In this document: positions 21,334 through 33,007 of the stretch, piece by piece
How positions within the stretch are numbered: the first letter of the stretch is position 1
Layout of the letters: each line of letters starts with the position of its first letter
DNA from: Dudresnaya verticillata
Taxonomy: Eukaryota
Direction: 5' to 3'
DNA length: 64,000 bases
Assembly: GCA_977862235.1 (NCBI GenBank)
Contig: OZ374558.1
Coordinates: forward strand, 3,100,001-3,164,000
The notes under the pieces: generated by a model
The model's database searches: none
What the model was told of the DNA's origin: nothing
Seen by the model: the letters and a program-made list of their open reading frames with translations, nothing else
Made by a program: the position numbers and the translations under genes

Positions 21334-24300
21334 AGCTGCGATGCGGCCAGCGGAGCGGCGTGCGGAGGCCTGGGTTGGCCCGGGTTTGAGGTGCGGGCGT
21401 GCGAGTGGCTGCGATTCTTGTTCCAAATCAAGGGCGCTTTTAAGGACGGCATAGGTCCACTCCTCGAAGCTGCGTGACTTGACGAGCGTGACATCAGCAT
21501 ACAAAAGGGCAGCTCTGCTGCCGTCCTACAAGAATTTCACACGCGACCGCCACAACCATGCAGCAACTACTGCTATCCCACTTCCAGTGACATGTTTTTA
21601 TAGAACGTCTATCTGCCACCCTCAGCAATCATATGCCTTGCTGAGTTCCGAACATCTTCGGTAACTCACAACAACGCAGAACTTCAAACTGCACCATGCC
21701 AACTTGACTCCGAGGGCTTGCCCTTTAACTTCGCAACCATTCCGCCATAGGAGCAGATGCAGGACAGGCACAAATTGTTGGGAGATGTTTCCACCAGAGT
21801 TGTTGATGGGAACGATAATTCTTTTAATGCATTACTTGGTCCAAATGTATTTAACGTACCGGTTTGAACAGAGGTTTCAGATTGGATTTATAAGTATCTC
21901 GAGGATATTGAAGTCCTTTACACACTAACAATATAAAGTTTCAAGTCGAGGATGCTCTTCATAAGCGTCCAGAATCCTGAAAAGAACAACTATTGGTAGC
22001 CGGGTTTTCTCGATGCTACATTGCGACGTTTCATGTTCAGTAGTTATACAGCCAGTTCATTAGAAAGACATAACATTTTCCATGAGCCAGTTCTATGTCT
22101 AACATTCTATTGTGCAACTCTAAACATCTTATAGGTATAAATTTATCGTTATCCAGCTGTATCACATTTCAATGAGGATGGTGTGACTTTTAATAACCAA
22201 GTCTCTCTAGCTCTAGCTTTGCTGTAACTTAAAACTGTATCTGGGGTAGCCTTGGATATAGCTTTAGTTTTGATTGACAATGGAGGAGGTCCCGTAGAGG
22301 CACATGGTCCCGTGGTGAAATCTCATGACGATAATAATCATGATTACCACAGCACGAGACTCCACTAGACACTGATTGAGGAACATGCAAAATGTCGACC
22401 GGGATGTACCTTGTACATGTGTACACTATCACCTGGTGAACGAGAGCGCGTATAGATACTGTGTCCTGTCGTGCCACGTCGATTGTTTCCCTGCCCGTAG
22501 CACAACTCTGGCAAAGAGAAGAATCTGGACTTCTCCAATTAACGTATAGGGCTCGCAGCATACATGAGAGAGATATACAAACTTCTCTTAATTGGCGGTC
22601 GTGAGCACAACAGAGGGGGATCGGTTACGCTGCCTCCTGACGCTCCGCAATAAGAACCAATGGTTTCAGCAGTTGTTCAATTGCTGGAATGACTTCCTCA
22701 GTTTTCTCGTCGAACGCATTAGTAGATCCTCCAAGATTGGAACGATAGCAATCAATTGCACTTCATTTGAGTGAGTTAAATACAGTTCACAGTGATGGCT
22801 ATTGAGACTCTTGAAAGTATATTCTTATTCTCACGGTTAAGGGTTTTTTAGGTGACCTGTACCCAATACTTGGGCCGCGGCTTGTCTTGTACATAGCTGA
22901 CGAGGCTTCGTAGTAGATCCCTGATGTTTCTTGGTTCTCTGAGAAGACAAGACAAAACAATGGGAGGCGACGAATATGAATATTTCCAGCGACAACCAAT
23001 ATCAGATCAGGATCCTCCTACGTTCCTTTAGAGTGATCGTGAAAGAGGCAATGGTGAAAGAACTTCGGACTATCGACATTTTCTCCCCAATAACAGCAGT
23101 CATCTTCATAACGACCATACAATCTACAGCTCCAAACAAAATTATTGAACGTTTTGTTCTGCACAGGTGCATACATTCGTCCTTTAGAGAGAGTGTAACA
23201 GCATTATTTTATAAGGTTCGAAAGTTTGCAGAGGAGCATTGTGGGTCACCAAAAACAAAGGTTTGTCTATGAATCCAATAGGCATTGTTAGGACTGATTG
23301 GGGTTTCGCTGCACCCAAAGTTGTCCGGATACTTGTCGGAAAAATGAATGTGTGCGCGTCTTTCAAAAGCTCTTATCTCTGTTCGTGAGGACAAACTACG
23401 GTAAGGAAAGGTTTCTTGCGATTTTGATGGGAATTGAGAATTCTTGTAATAGCTTTGCAAATAGTTTTTCGTTTTGGTTATCAGTTTCTTCTTTTCTCCG
23501 TTCCCCTCGGTACTCGTTGTGACTTGGAGGGTTGAAAATGTCGAGCACTGACGATACGAGCACCGAAATCTTTCCAGAAGAACAGATTGGACCGAAGCAC
23601 CATCTAGTCGTAAAGGCGTTGCAGGTTTAACAATAACACCGTGCAACCAGCCAAAGGATAAAAATATGCTTAACGCATTGCTGTTGCGTGCCGGACGAGT
23701 TCCGAAGCAGCAGCCAACATCAATTTTAATACTAACAAAGGTTTAGTTATTGGTAGTTATGCCTGATAAGAGCCCGCATTACAGAAAGCGTGCCATAACA
23801 ATATCTGAGTACCTTTGCGAAGTCCGTAGTACCACACTCGTTGCAGCTTTGTAATGGTTGCCAGACCTCGCTGTTCTTGATAGTTGTCGAGGGAATCTGC
23901 AAACTGTTATCAAACACAAGGTGGCATTGCGCCAGTAGGGTATGTCACAATGTAGCTGTGCATTGCATGCTCCACAGCAATATTAGAGACCAGATAGTTT
24001 TTTCATGTCCAAGATGTGAAGGGCTTCTTCCGCAGTGCCTGCCTACCTCGGCCGCAATTGTGAGGCAATCACGAAATAAATGGGTGCTCTGGTGCAGCTT
24101 GCACTGAACACCCGCGAGCCTGTCTAGGACTAGCCGACGCTCTTCCATCGCAGCTTCTGTTAAGTGTGACAGGCTGCCGGCAGTTGGAACGGGTGGTTGA
24201 CACAGCTTGCTCAAATCTGAGGAGTCTGTATCAGCTATGTAACCTAGCTCCGCTTCTCGTCTGCCCAGTAAAAACTGACAACGGCCACCATCAGGCGACG

Positions 24301-24642
24301 CATCAATTTGGATTCAAGGAACCTGATTGCTTCCTGATTGCCGAGCGTTGCCGACTCGGCCAGAGGATGGAAGCAGCAGTTCGTTCTGCAAGGATACAGA
24401 GCCAGGAATGCCATTTGCTACAAAACCACAGCGTGACGCGTGTCTATATTCGAATAAAAGCACTCCCGAGGCGCCAGAGAAGCCAAGGTTTCGCTCATGT
24501 CGGAAACTTCGGACTCTAAAGCCTTGGTTCGGTCCAGACCAGCGCTTGGTCGTCTCGTCCTGTCGCACCCAGCATCAACTTCACGCTCTGACTCAACCTT
24601 CATGTCTTCTTTCAGCAGATTCTGCTCCACGCCCCGAACATC

Positions 24643-26085
24643 ATGATAACCGGGGAAGGAGAGCTGGTCTACCCGAACTTCGCTTCGGCGTTGCGCGCCA
24701 GCGAGCTGGCGAAGCCGCTAGCCAATACTCTGCTTCTCGCGCTCCTCACAACGCTAATATCGTACCAACTCACGGCCGCCGTAACAGATGTGCTTCTGGG
24801 AACGAAGCAGCGCCGGAAGACCTCCATCCCAACCATGCACACTCTCTTACTCATTCGACAAGCCTCACCAGCAGCTGTGCTGACCAATCTGTTCCGAATC
24901 GATATATTCACCCGCCTGTACTACTGGCCAGCTCTTCCTCCCGCGACCCGCATCGCGCGCGACAACCTTTCCATCCGTCCGAGTGTCGCCTTACGTCTGC
25001 TGCTGCTGCTCCTGGCGGCCCCGCTCATCAACGTTTTCTCCATTATTCTCGCTTTGGAGACGACATCGACCATCACCTTTGAGGAATCGGGTGTGGGTGG
25101 GCTCGCGTTCGGCATCGCTCCACGCAGTATCCGAAAGGTTGGGATAGAGCAGGCGAACGAGCTGTGCGAGCGGAAGCGTGTCAAGCTCGGACCTGGCGAC
25201 GAAGAGCTTTCCGAAGTATACCTTTGCAGTCTGATGAAGCCCTTCCAGGAACGCACGAACGAGGGAAATCTAGGTGAGATCCAGGTTCTTGTTCGAAAGG
25301 AAGCGGAGGTGTTCATCCGCATGCAAGTAGGGAATATTCGTAACACGGACCAGAAGCAGGTAACTGTGAACACAGAGGATTCGGTCAACATAATGCGAGT
25401 CCGTGTCGACGAAGACGCCCTCAATGAGATGCTCGACTACGGCATGGAGCTCATGGCGCAAGTGTGTAACGCTGATGCCAATAATGCTGTGCTGACTGCG
25501 TTTCCCCAACCCGATGAAAACGTTAAAACGTTGCAAGCTCGTCAACTGCCGTGCGATGTTGATGACGAAGATGCCCTGGAGGTGATTCCCAAAATATTGG
25601 ATCGACTCATGTCCTTCTTCACCATCGTGAATGCCAACGTGACACATCTCAAACCACTTGCAGATGGGGATTCAAGAGTCTCCGTCGAGGACAGCTGGTT
25701 TGACGCAAGAGATATGCTATTCCTGAGCCGCCGCCAGCATAATCTGGGTGTTTCACTTTTGGCCATCGTTGCGATTGCAGCTTTGACGGTGCGGGTATTA
25801 ACTGGCGTGTTCTGGAATAACGACGTGGAAGAGGGTATTGAATTGATCATCAAGGAGACTGTTGGCATGACGTGTTGCGACAGCTTACTGCGAGATGGAA
25901 GTGGGAAAGTCGTTTACAACCGTATGTACCAAGTTGGTCCCGTAGCTAGGTTTGGATTGGTGGAGAAAGGGCTTCCAGAAGTACAAAGATTTGACGGCGG
26001 GGTTGTCGGCGATCAAGTTCCATACATTGACTTGACTGCAAGCGATGAAGAAGAAACCCCAAATTCGACGGGCGACAAAACATAG
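24643..26085 (+). CDS. Uncharacterised 3-TM membrane protein (480 aa), subfamily A copy 1
   Basis: Long intact ORF with two N-terminal hydrophobic helices, a ~230-aa Cys-containing loop and a C-terminal TM. Paralogous to 27683-29029 (AAPL.N, GGLA.GI, QLPC, NNDV..G.ELI.K, CDS.L). Confidence 0.9.
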   Translation: MITGEGELVYPNFASALRASELAKPLANTLLLALLTTLISYQLTAAVTDVLLGTKQRRKTSIPTMHTLLLIRQASPAAVLTNLFRIDIFTRLYYWPALPPATRIARDNLSIRPSVALRLLLLLLAAPLINVFSIILALETTSTITFEESGVGGLAFGIAPRSIRKVGIEQANELCERKRVKLGPGDEELSEVYLCSLMKPFQERTNEGNLGEIQVLVRKEAEVFIRMQVGNIRNTDQKQVTVNTEDSVNIMRVRVDEDALNEMLDYGMELMAQVCNADANNAVLTAFPQPDENVKTLQARQLPCDVDDEDALEVIPKILDRLMSFFTIVNANVTHLKPLADGDSRVSVEDSWFDARDMLFLSRRQHNLGVSLLAIVAIAALTVRVLTGVFWNNDVEEGIELIIKETVGMTCCDSLLRDGSGKVVYNRMYQVGPVARFGLVEKGLPEVQRFDGGVVGDQVPYIDLTASDEEETPNSTGDKT

Positions 26086-27185
26086 ATGGTGGGAGGGTTT
26101 GTTATTATTTTGTTCTATAGGTAGCCACTAAGTTTATGCTGAATCAAGCAATGCAACCTGCAACGACTCTACATCTTTTGTGGATATAATAGAGTAAGGG
26201 ATTTGAACATTAGTCTAGTGCATCGCGAAACTCTACTGCAATATGCAGTTCACTGATGAAGTAGGAATCGCCCGCCATAGAAGAAACAGTTAAAAATCTT
26301 CGCATACCATAACCACATGACACCCACAGAGAGAATAACGAGGTAAACATCTTGAAAGCAGGGGATTTCCTGTACTCTCTCTATTAGAGAGTCTCTAAAT
26401 CAATTAAACCTAACCTAATAGTAGTTAGAATATGCTTTATGAAGCAAAGTTGAGGGTGAGTACGGAGGAGGGCATGAAAGGTCCATGAGCAGACGCGTCG
26501 GTACAGTACTACCATGCATAAACAACGACCTGGCGAATTGATGGAGAGAGGAATATACTGAAGCAAGCAAAAGGGTAGTTCGTTGCTTAGTATGAGCGGA
26601 AGTCAGAAAACTTGCAAATCTGTGCATCTCCTGTTCATTACATGTGTTTTTATTACCAATAGTGACTCCAGGCCATGTAGGCTTAAAGAGTATGAATTAT
26701 CGTGGTGCGCAAACGACGAACAGACAAATTGCACTAGAATGTGTATGATTCAGTGCTCAGCTCTACAGCAACAATCATCAACGCCCACAAACCGAGGGAC
26801 GCAAAAGAGCATGTTGGACAAGAAACGAAGCCTTGTGTGGCTTTTCCGAGTAACAATGCGAAAAAGAGTCGAGTTTTAAGGATTGGGTTCGGCGCGCCGT
26901 CCCAAAACCCCAAACCCAATCCATGAAACGTGCAGTCGGGGCATCACGCTGTCCCCTTCATTTCGTAATACGGAGGTAGAACTATTGCAATACCGGTGAA
27001 GATACCACAAGAGAAATAGAAGCAACGGAAATGGTTGGCTGTTGGCGGGTGTGTCGTGAAGAGACGCGTTGGTAGGTCTCACCGATAGTACATCATGATC
27101 CATGCAGAAATGCACTCAAGTGGGGAGCTATGCCACTGAAACAGATTTATTTAGTCTTCGAGCAGTTGGGAAACTCCGACACACA

Positions 27186-27302
27186 TTAGGCAAGCGGAGC
27201 TGCCACAACTCTCGAGGCAAGCAGTGTTCAACAAGCAGAGCTGCTAAAGCAGAGTTTTGGCAGCAACTCTGCTTAGGCAAGCAGAGCTGCCACAACTCTG
27301 CT
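27186..27302. repeat. Direct plus inverted repeat cluster (MITE-like)
   Basis: TTAGGCAAGC(G/A)GAGCTGCCACAACTCT at 27186 and 27273. Segment 27248-27274 is a near-perfect inverted copy of 27279-27302. Confidence 0.8.
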
Positions 27303-27682
27303 TGGCTCGACTTCTTTTTTGTAACGTCAGCGTGTTTTGAGGCGGCGAGTGCCAAAAAGCACACTAGAGGCGTGTTGAAAAGGCCGCGTCACATGTCACA
27401 GCACGGGATGCCTCTCTTTGACCCGCCGTGACGTCGCGCACAGCGCATCGTTCCACACCGCCACCTCCGCCGCCACCTCCACAGCGCTGCTGAACCCAAC
27501 CAGAGATGACCTGCGCCCAACCCTTCCGGTCGCACGCGCCCAACTATCCTCGCCCCACCTTGCAATGTATAGCCCCTCTGTCCACACGCCGCGAGCCGCC
27601 ACCTCGAGCCACCAAGCATGAGCCCGCGCCAAGCCGGTTGCGCGCCCGTCCCGCCCTCGCCTTGCAACCCCGCAATATCGAA

Positions 27683-29029
27683 ATGACCCTCGTCAACCAG
27701 ACCGTGACCTACCCCGGCGCGTCTTCCTCGCTAGCGTGGCAGCCCGAGTCGCAGCTAATCCTCGCCTTCCTGGTCGGCATCCTAACAACCCTTCTAGCCT
27801 ACCAGGCAACCTCAATCGCCTTCGACCTGCTGGCGGGACTCAAGCCGCGCGGCGAGGCCCGCATCTCCGACATCGCCGCCATCCTGCTGTCCGAGGAGTC
27901 TTCCCCGCTCTCCGTCGTCGCCGCCCTCTTCCCGCGCCACTACATCGCCTCTTGGAAGCACCATGGCCGCCGCTCTACCTGCACCCACGCCCACGCCCGT
28001 GCCCTGCGCCCCGTCCCGCGCGCTCGGCCCCCCATCCTCGTCAAGTTCTGCGTCGCCCTCGCCGCAGCCCCGCTCCTCAACCTCCTGGGCGTCGTCCTCT
28101 CGCTCGAGCAGGACTCCGTTCTGACCTTCCAGGACGCCGACTTTGGCGGCTTGGCGCTTGGCATCGACGACTCTCTCCCTCTCAACCACCGCGACCCGTT
28201 TCTCAACTGCAGGCGGCACCCCACCAAGTACGGTGCCGAGGAGGGCAAGCTGGCAGAGTTTTTCTCCTGCAGCTATTTCAGCTCTGACAGAAAGCCAAAA
28301 AAGTTTCCAGATGCTGCCGTACGAGCGCAGCTGACCATCTCGCAAAGCGTCCCCGGCGAGAACGCTCCGCGAAGCTCCTTCAGCGGCGTCTTTCGGAATG
28401 AGACTTACGAGAGAAACTTTGCCGTGCATGCAGAGATCTACGTTCGCAGTGAGATTTTTCGCCTACGCCCTGTAGTCTCTGTCGAACAGGGCAAACAGCT
28501 CATGAACCGCGCGTTAGCCCGGATTAGCGAGCAATGTCGAGGCACTGGTGAACCGTCTGTCAGTGACTTGCCAGAGAATGGCGGCGAGGATACGTGGACA
28601 CTCACAAAGCAACTCCCTTGTGGCGATATTGGCGATGATGGCCTTGCACGGTTGTTACAGGCCCTCATGGCACCTGTTGCTATGATCGAGGACGAGCGGC
28701 TGGATGTGCTTGAAATTTCGAGAGACGCGGAGGAGTACGTTTCTGGGGATGATCTTCCTTTGTTGGAGAGGAGGCGGGGCCTCGTAAACCTCATTCCCCT
28801 TGCTATTCTGACGGCGATCGTGGTGGTCGTAAGGGGTATTGTCAGATTGCTAACGAACAATGATGTGCACAAGGGTGTCGAGCTCATTCTCAAGCATCAG
28901 CTAAGCTTGAAGAGTTGTGACTCTATGCTGCAGAGTAGAGCTGCTGTTGAGTATGGTGATGTGATTACGCCGATGGAGAGTTTGGATCTCTTCAAGGTGG
29001 ATGGCACAGGAAGAGGAATTAATGGGTGA
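27683..29029 (+). CDS. Uncharacterised 3-TM membrane protein (448 aa), subfamily A copy 2
   Basis: Start MTLVNQTVTYPG chosen by alignment to MITGEGELVYPN of the paralog. Same TM layout and conserved motifs. Confidence 0.9.
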   Translation: MTLVNQTVTYPGASSSLAWQPESQLILAFLVGILTTLLAYQATSIAFDLLAGLKPRGEARISDIAAILLSEESSPLSVVAALFPRHYIASWKHHGRRSTCTHAHARALRPVPRARPPILVKFCVALAAAPLLNLLGVVLSLEQDSVLTFQDADFGGLALGIDDSLPLNHRDPFLNCRRHPTKYGAEEGKLAEFFSCSYFSSDRKPKKFPDAAVRAQLTISQSVPGENAPRSSFSGVFRNETYERNFAVHAEIYVRSEIFRLRPVVSVEQGKQLMNRALARISEQCRGTGEPSVSDLPENGGEDTWTLTKQLPCGDIGDDGLARLLQALMAPVAMIEDERLDVLEISRDAEEYVSGDDLPLLERRRGLVNLIPLAILTAIVVVVRGIVRLLTNNDVHKGVELILKHQLSLKSCDSMLQSRAAVEYGDVITPMESLDLFKVDGTGRGING

Positions 29030-31921
29030 ACAGACTGCTAGTGTTCCTAGTTTTGTAACATTTTGTCAATACCGTCTATCTTGCCCAACTGTTTATTCGC
29101 AATCCAGCCAGATGTATCTTATAAAGACCCCAATTTTCATAACAACAGAAAGAACCGTGCGGTGCGGGGAGGGACTGGCGTTTGTGATTGGGATGATGCG
29201 AACATTTTGGAGCGTGGAAGTGGAGGAACAGCTACCGCTCCTGCCGCTCCTGCAATTACGGAGCGATAAGAGGCAGTCGCGGATATGAGACAAAAAACAT
29301 TTGAACAGCATAACAGCCTCCGTTTCCATCTTCAGTTTTGGAATCTCTTTCCATTCTAGGTACCGAGAAGTGACGGGACAGACCGGCTGAAAGTTGGAGT
29401 TAAAAAAGGGGGTACAGATACTAGAGTTTAAGACCCCTATTGAATGCTCTTGGGCCGTGCTGTACGTAGACGGGAAGTAGCAGCTCTCTACAAGAAGCAT
29501 ATATCTAAAAATGCGATTATCGCTGCAAACTATTCCTAATCAGTATTCTGGCGTCTATTTCCATATAGGATGGGTGACGCGGAGGGCGTACTATGACATA
29601 CGGACTGCCTGTGGCGTCTTCCCGATCATTCACAATATAGGTGACACTTCGATCGTAAATGCATCACGTACGAAAACAGGCTACGAACAATGGGGGGGTC
29701 CAAGGATCGACTGCAGTTTGTTTCTGCGTTTCAACTTCATCTTATAGGCTGCATGTAACCAAAAACGCCGCATATCTAAATACCCTTAGTTCTCTAAAAA
29801 TAAAAGTTGTACTCTAGTTCCCTAATGTAAAACACGCCACGACATTTCAAGCTTCTCTTGCAAAACTTGAACATGAAGAATGCTAATGTCCAGGCGAATT
29901 CCGAAACGCTGGATCAGCACAAAAGGTACTGGTCTCGATGGCTGCCATTATCCTTTTTGCGTTCTGAGCTATCACACGAGGAGGAGGAGCAACGTTGTCC
30001 TTGCTTCTCGAGTTGCTAGTTCCGAGTATACACATTCCGTCATGTTAGGTACATGTTCGTCGTACTATTCGCTTCTCTGCTGGTACACAAATGCTTCCAC
30101 GACATATTTAGTCAAATTCCAATATGTACATTCGTATAAACATGCCGACTGGACAAGCGAGAATAGGAATCCAACCCCTGAAGCGTTTTTGTGGGAGGGT
30201 ATAGTTGTATCTTTGGGGCATATTCTATCCTGGAGTGCAAAATCTTCTTTCTTTCATTACGGAGTCCAGTCACAACTGCCCCGCGCCTGACCCTCTTAAA
30301 ATATATCTAGTTCGGCTTCAAATTGACGAAAAGGGAGTAGTGCTAGAGCAAACCCTTTAGCCGGACGTGGGAACGACAGCTTATTTATTGCTTTATATTG
30401 TTTTCTGTAAGAATTATCCAGGTGGGTGACGGACATAACGAAGTGCGCACTCTCTTAAGGGCAGGATCCACAGCTAAGTCTTGAGTGCCTCGTCATTACG
30501 TATAAAATCGAGCCTGGTGACTGCCTTCGGTCTTTGCTAGCGCTGTTTGGTCTGAACCCGCATAGCATGACATACATTTCACCAGTCTTGCATTGTGAGT
30601 GATAGTATACTTTTGCAATGCAATATGGACCCCTAGTATACCCCGAAAACTTCAGGTCTTTCAGCGAAGCTGATTGCTGGAGAGCGTCTTAGACGCCTTA
30701 GTGCCCTTCCAATTTAAAGCTTAGACTACGACTAAACAGCAGCATGTTCCACGTTGCTCGTTTCATGAGCTGTCCTTGATAGTATCGTGTACTATCGCAG
30801 CTGAAACTGAAAACGCAATCCGTTGTTGCCCATGCATGCAATTGTATGCTGCAAGAAACGCCCCTCAGATTCACGCAGTCTACGTTTTCAGATGTAAGAT
30901 ATATCGTATATAAGTCGAGTCGCGTGAGCAAAATGCGCCACTCCAAATGTTGCCATTATTGTCACTTCAGAAGCAGCGCATTGCTGTCACGGCCAAGACG
31001 CAACAAACATGCAACACTTTTGCGAAGATCATTCAGCAGTTGACGAAAGGTGGCCAAAAGTGTTCTTTTGCGGGGGACAGGGACAGTCAGAAGGCCAAGT
31101 GATAGCGTTGTCATATCGCAGCGCACATCTGCAGCTTTTCACGCTTCAAAGATGACTCGCGCAAAACATATGGCAACAAGGGATACATCCGGTTGGGAAC
31201 TGAATCGCGCGATGCAAACCATCATATATCACTTCCACCTTCCGCAGTGAAGCAGGTCGACATTGTTGAAACTGTCGACAGAAACCAATTGCTTCTGTTG
31301 CTGATGCAATTTCAGAAATGACAACTACAGTCGCCCTCACTCCGCCAATGAGAAATGTTGATAGGGTCGCTGAGAGGGCGTTGGGTCGTTCCCGACTGGC
31401 AGCCGACGCGAATTTCGCGTGGAAAGGCACGGTCGGCAGGCAAGAACGGGAATTTGTGAATGGTTCAATCGCTCTTACTGCCTTCCATGCGAACATGAAT
31501 TGCATTACAAACGTAGCCACACGGAGCAGAGTGCACGTCGACTCCGCAACAGACCCAAAGGATATGGAAAGGTACTCGTGTAAAAACCGGCCTGTCTGTC
31601 ACCATCTCAAGATGTGTAGGCGCGTAGGAACTAGTTTGATGGGAAGTGGAGAACTTTTGGCGAGAAAACATACTGGACTTCGGAGCTGCCGACAGCAGTT
31701 ATGGGGCCTCGCTACTGCGTTGGGCAGACACCGAAGCAGAACGGGACGCCTGTTCGTGTAAAGCTGTTGCACAGCTGTACATCATGGCACTCTGCGTGCC
31801 TCAGCAATGCCAGCTGCGATTTCTAGTACCATATATGCCGCTCCCGACTTTCGCATACTTCGGACGCCTAGCTCGAGCATCCGCAAAGAGCTTTGGATCG
31901 ATTAACATCTAACAGTCCAAA

Positions 31922-33007
31922 ATGGCGTTTCTGTACTTCCTCACGCTCTTCATCTTTTACGCCTGCAGCAAAGCGACCTTCTCACAACCAAAAGTATGTG
32001 GACGTCAATGTCGTTTCCGATTCTGTGAAGCCAATGCAGATGGGCTCCCCGTCGTCCCGCGACCGAAAGGATCCGACTTCATTCTCCGAGCCCCAGGATT
32101 TGCACCTCACCCGCCTGTGTGTCTCCCGCGCAGAGAAACAAAGGTTCTGAAAGCAGGGGAGGGCAAGATACAGATCCGCCGCTACTACTCCCACCTCCTC
32201 TTCCCGATCTCGAAATGGCGCCCAGGTGGTCTTGTAATCCCCAGCAACCTTTTCAAGGTGTTCAGGATCCCGGAATCAATACAGTTGCGTGGCATAGGCC
32301 GAACTACAAGTTTTGGAGACAAGGAAAGCCTCCTAGACGGGACGTGCTTCGTCGTCCCGATTAAAAAGTATCAGGTGACCAGAAACGAGAAGACTCGAAC
32401 CAAGAGAGGAGGGAAGAGAGACTGCGTTTCGTTCGTGGCCAGGACGCCAGAACTAGTTATTGACGTGTTCTATAACGGAATAGACAACATCTTTGTTGAG
32501 ATCCTGGGACCTGGTGGCATTCGGGGGACGAATGACAGTTTTGCTTCCATTCGAGGCGGGCAGGTGACTACGTTCTTCCCAGTTTCCGTCCCCGGAGAAT
32601 ATACGGTTTCAACTTCTGTTGAAGTGGTGTTGCCAGCAACGCCTACACCCGAACCACCAACGCCTACACCTGAATCACCAACACCCCATCCGCCAACGCC
32701 CAGACCGCGTACGCCCAGTCCCCACCCTCCCCCATATTATTACAAGTCTGGGCGAATAGTGACTTCCAGAAAGATTGTCGTGGGCGTAGGTGTTGACAAA
32801 ACCGCAGGCAGGCGAGACTTGGCACAAGGTTTTTGGATATCGCCTAGAGTTGCCCAATCCAACCCTGGTTCGGATTCAAACGGGTATATCAGAACTGTGG
32901 TAAGCGATAAGGGCAAGAAGGTGTCGGATGAGAGGACGCGTTACAAGAGGGGGAACAGTGGTGCTCAGGTGAAGGTTGACCAAAAGTTTAATCTTCCGTC
33001 AAGATAG
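31922..33007 (+). CDS. Secreted protein (361 aa), CGxQCRFRFC family, with Pro-rich extensin-like insert
   Basis: Signal peptide. Six-Cys N-terminal domain shared with 40417-41493 (CGRQCRFRFC, PPVCLP, LDGTC.V.PI, RDCVSFV.RTPELV.DVF.NGID). Confidence 0.9.
   Translation: MAFLYFLTLFIFYACSKATFSQPKVCGRQCRFRFCEANADGLPVVPRPKGSDFILRAPGFAPHPPVCLPRRETKVLKAGEGKIQIRRYYSHLLFPISKWRPGGLVIPSNLFKVFRIPESIQLRGIGRTTSFGDKESLLDGTCFVVPIKKYQVTRNEKTRTKRGGKRDCVSFVARTPELVIDVFYNGIDNIFVEILGPGGIRGTNDSFASIRGGQVTTFFPVSVPGEYTVSTSVEVVLPATPTPEPPTPTPESPTPHPPTPRPRTPSPHPPPYYYKSGRIVTSRKIVVGVGVDKTAGRRDLAQGFWISPRVAQSNPGSDSNGYIRTVVSDKGKKVSDERTRYKRGNSGAQVKVDQKFNLPSR

Noticed and set aside
21334..21504. N-terminal extension of the ORF-track protein at 20005-21504 (likewise 27506-27682 and 56294-56515)
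   Set aside because: Signal-peptide position or paralog alignment supports the downstream ATGs.
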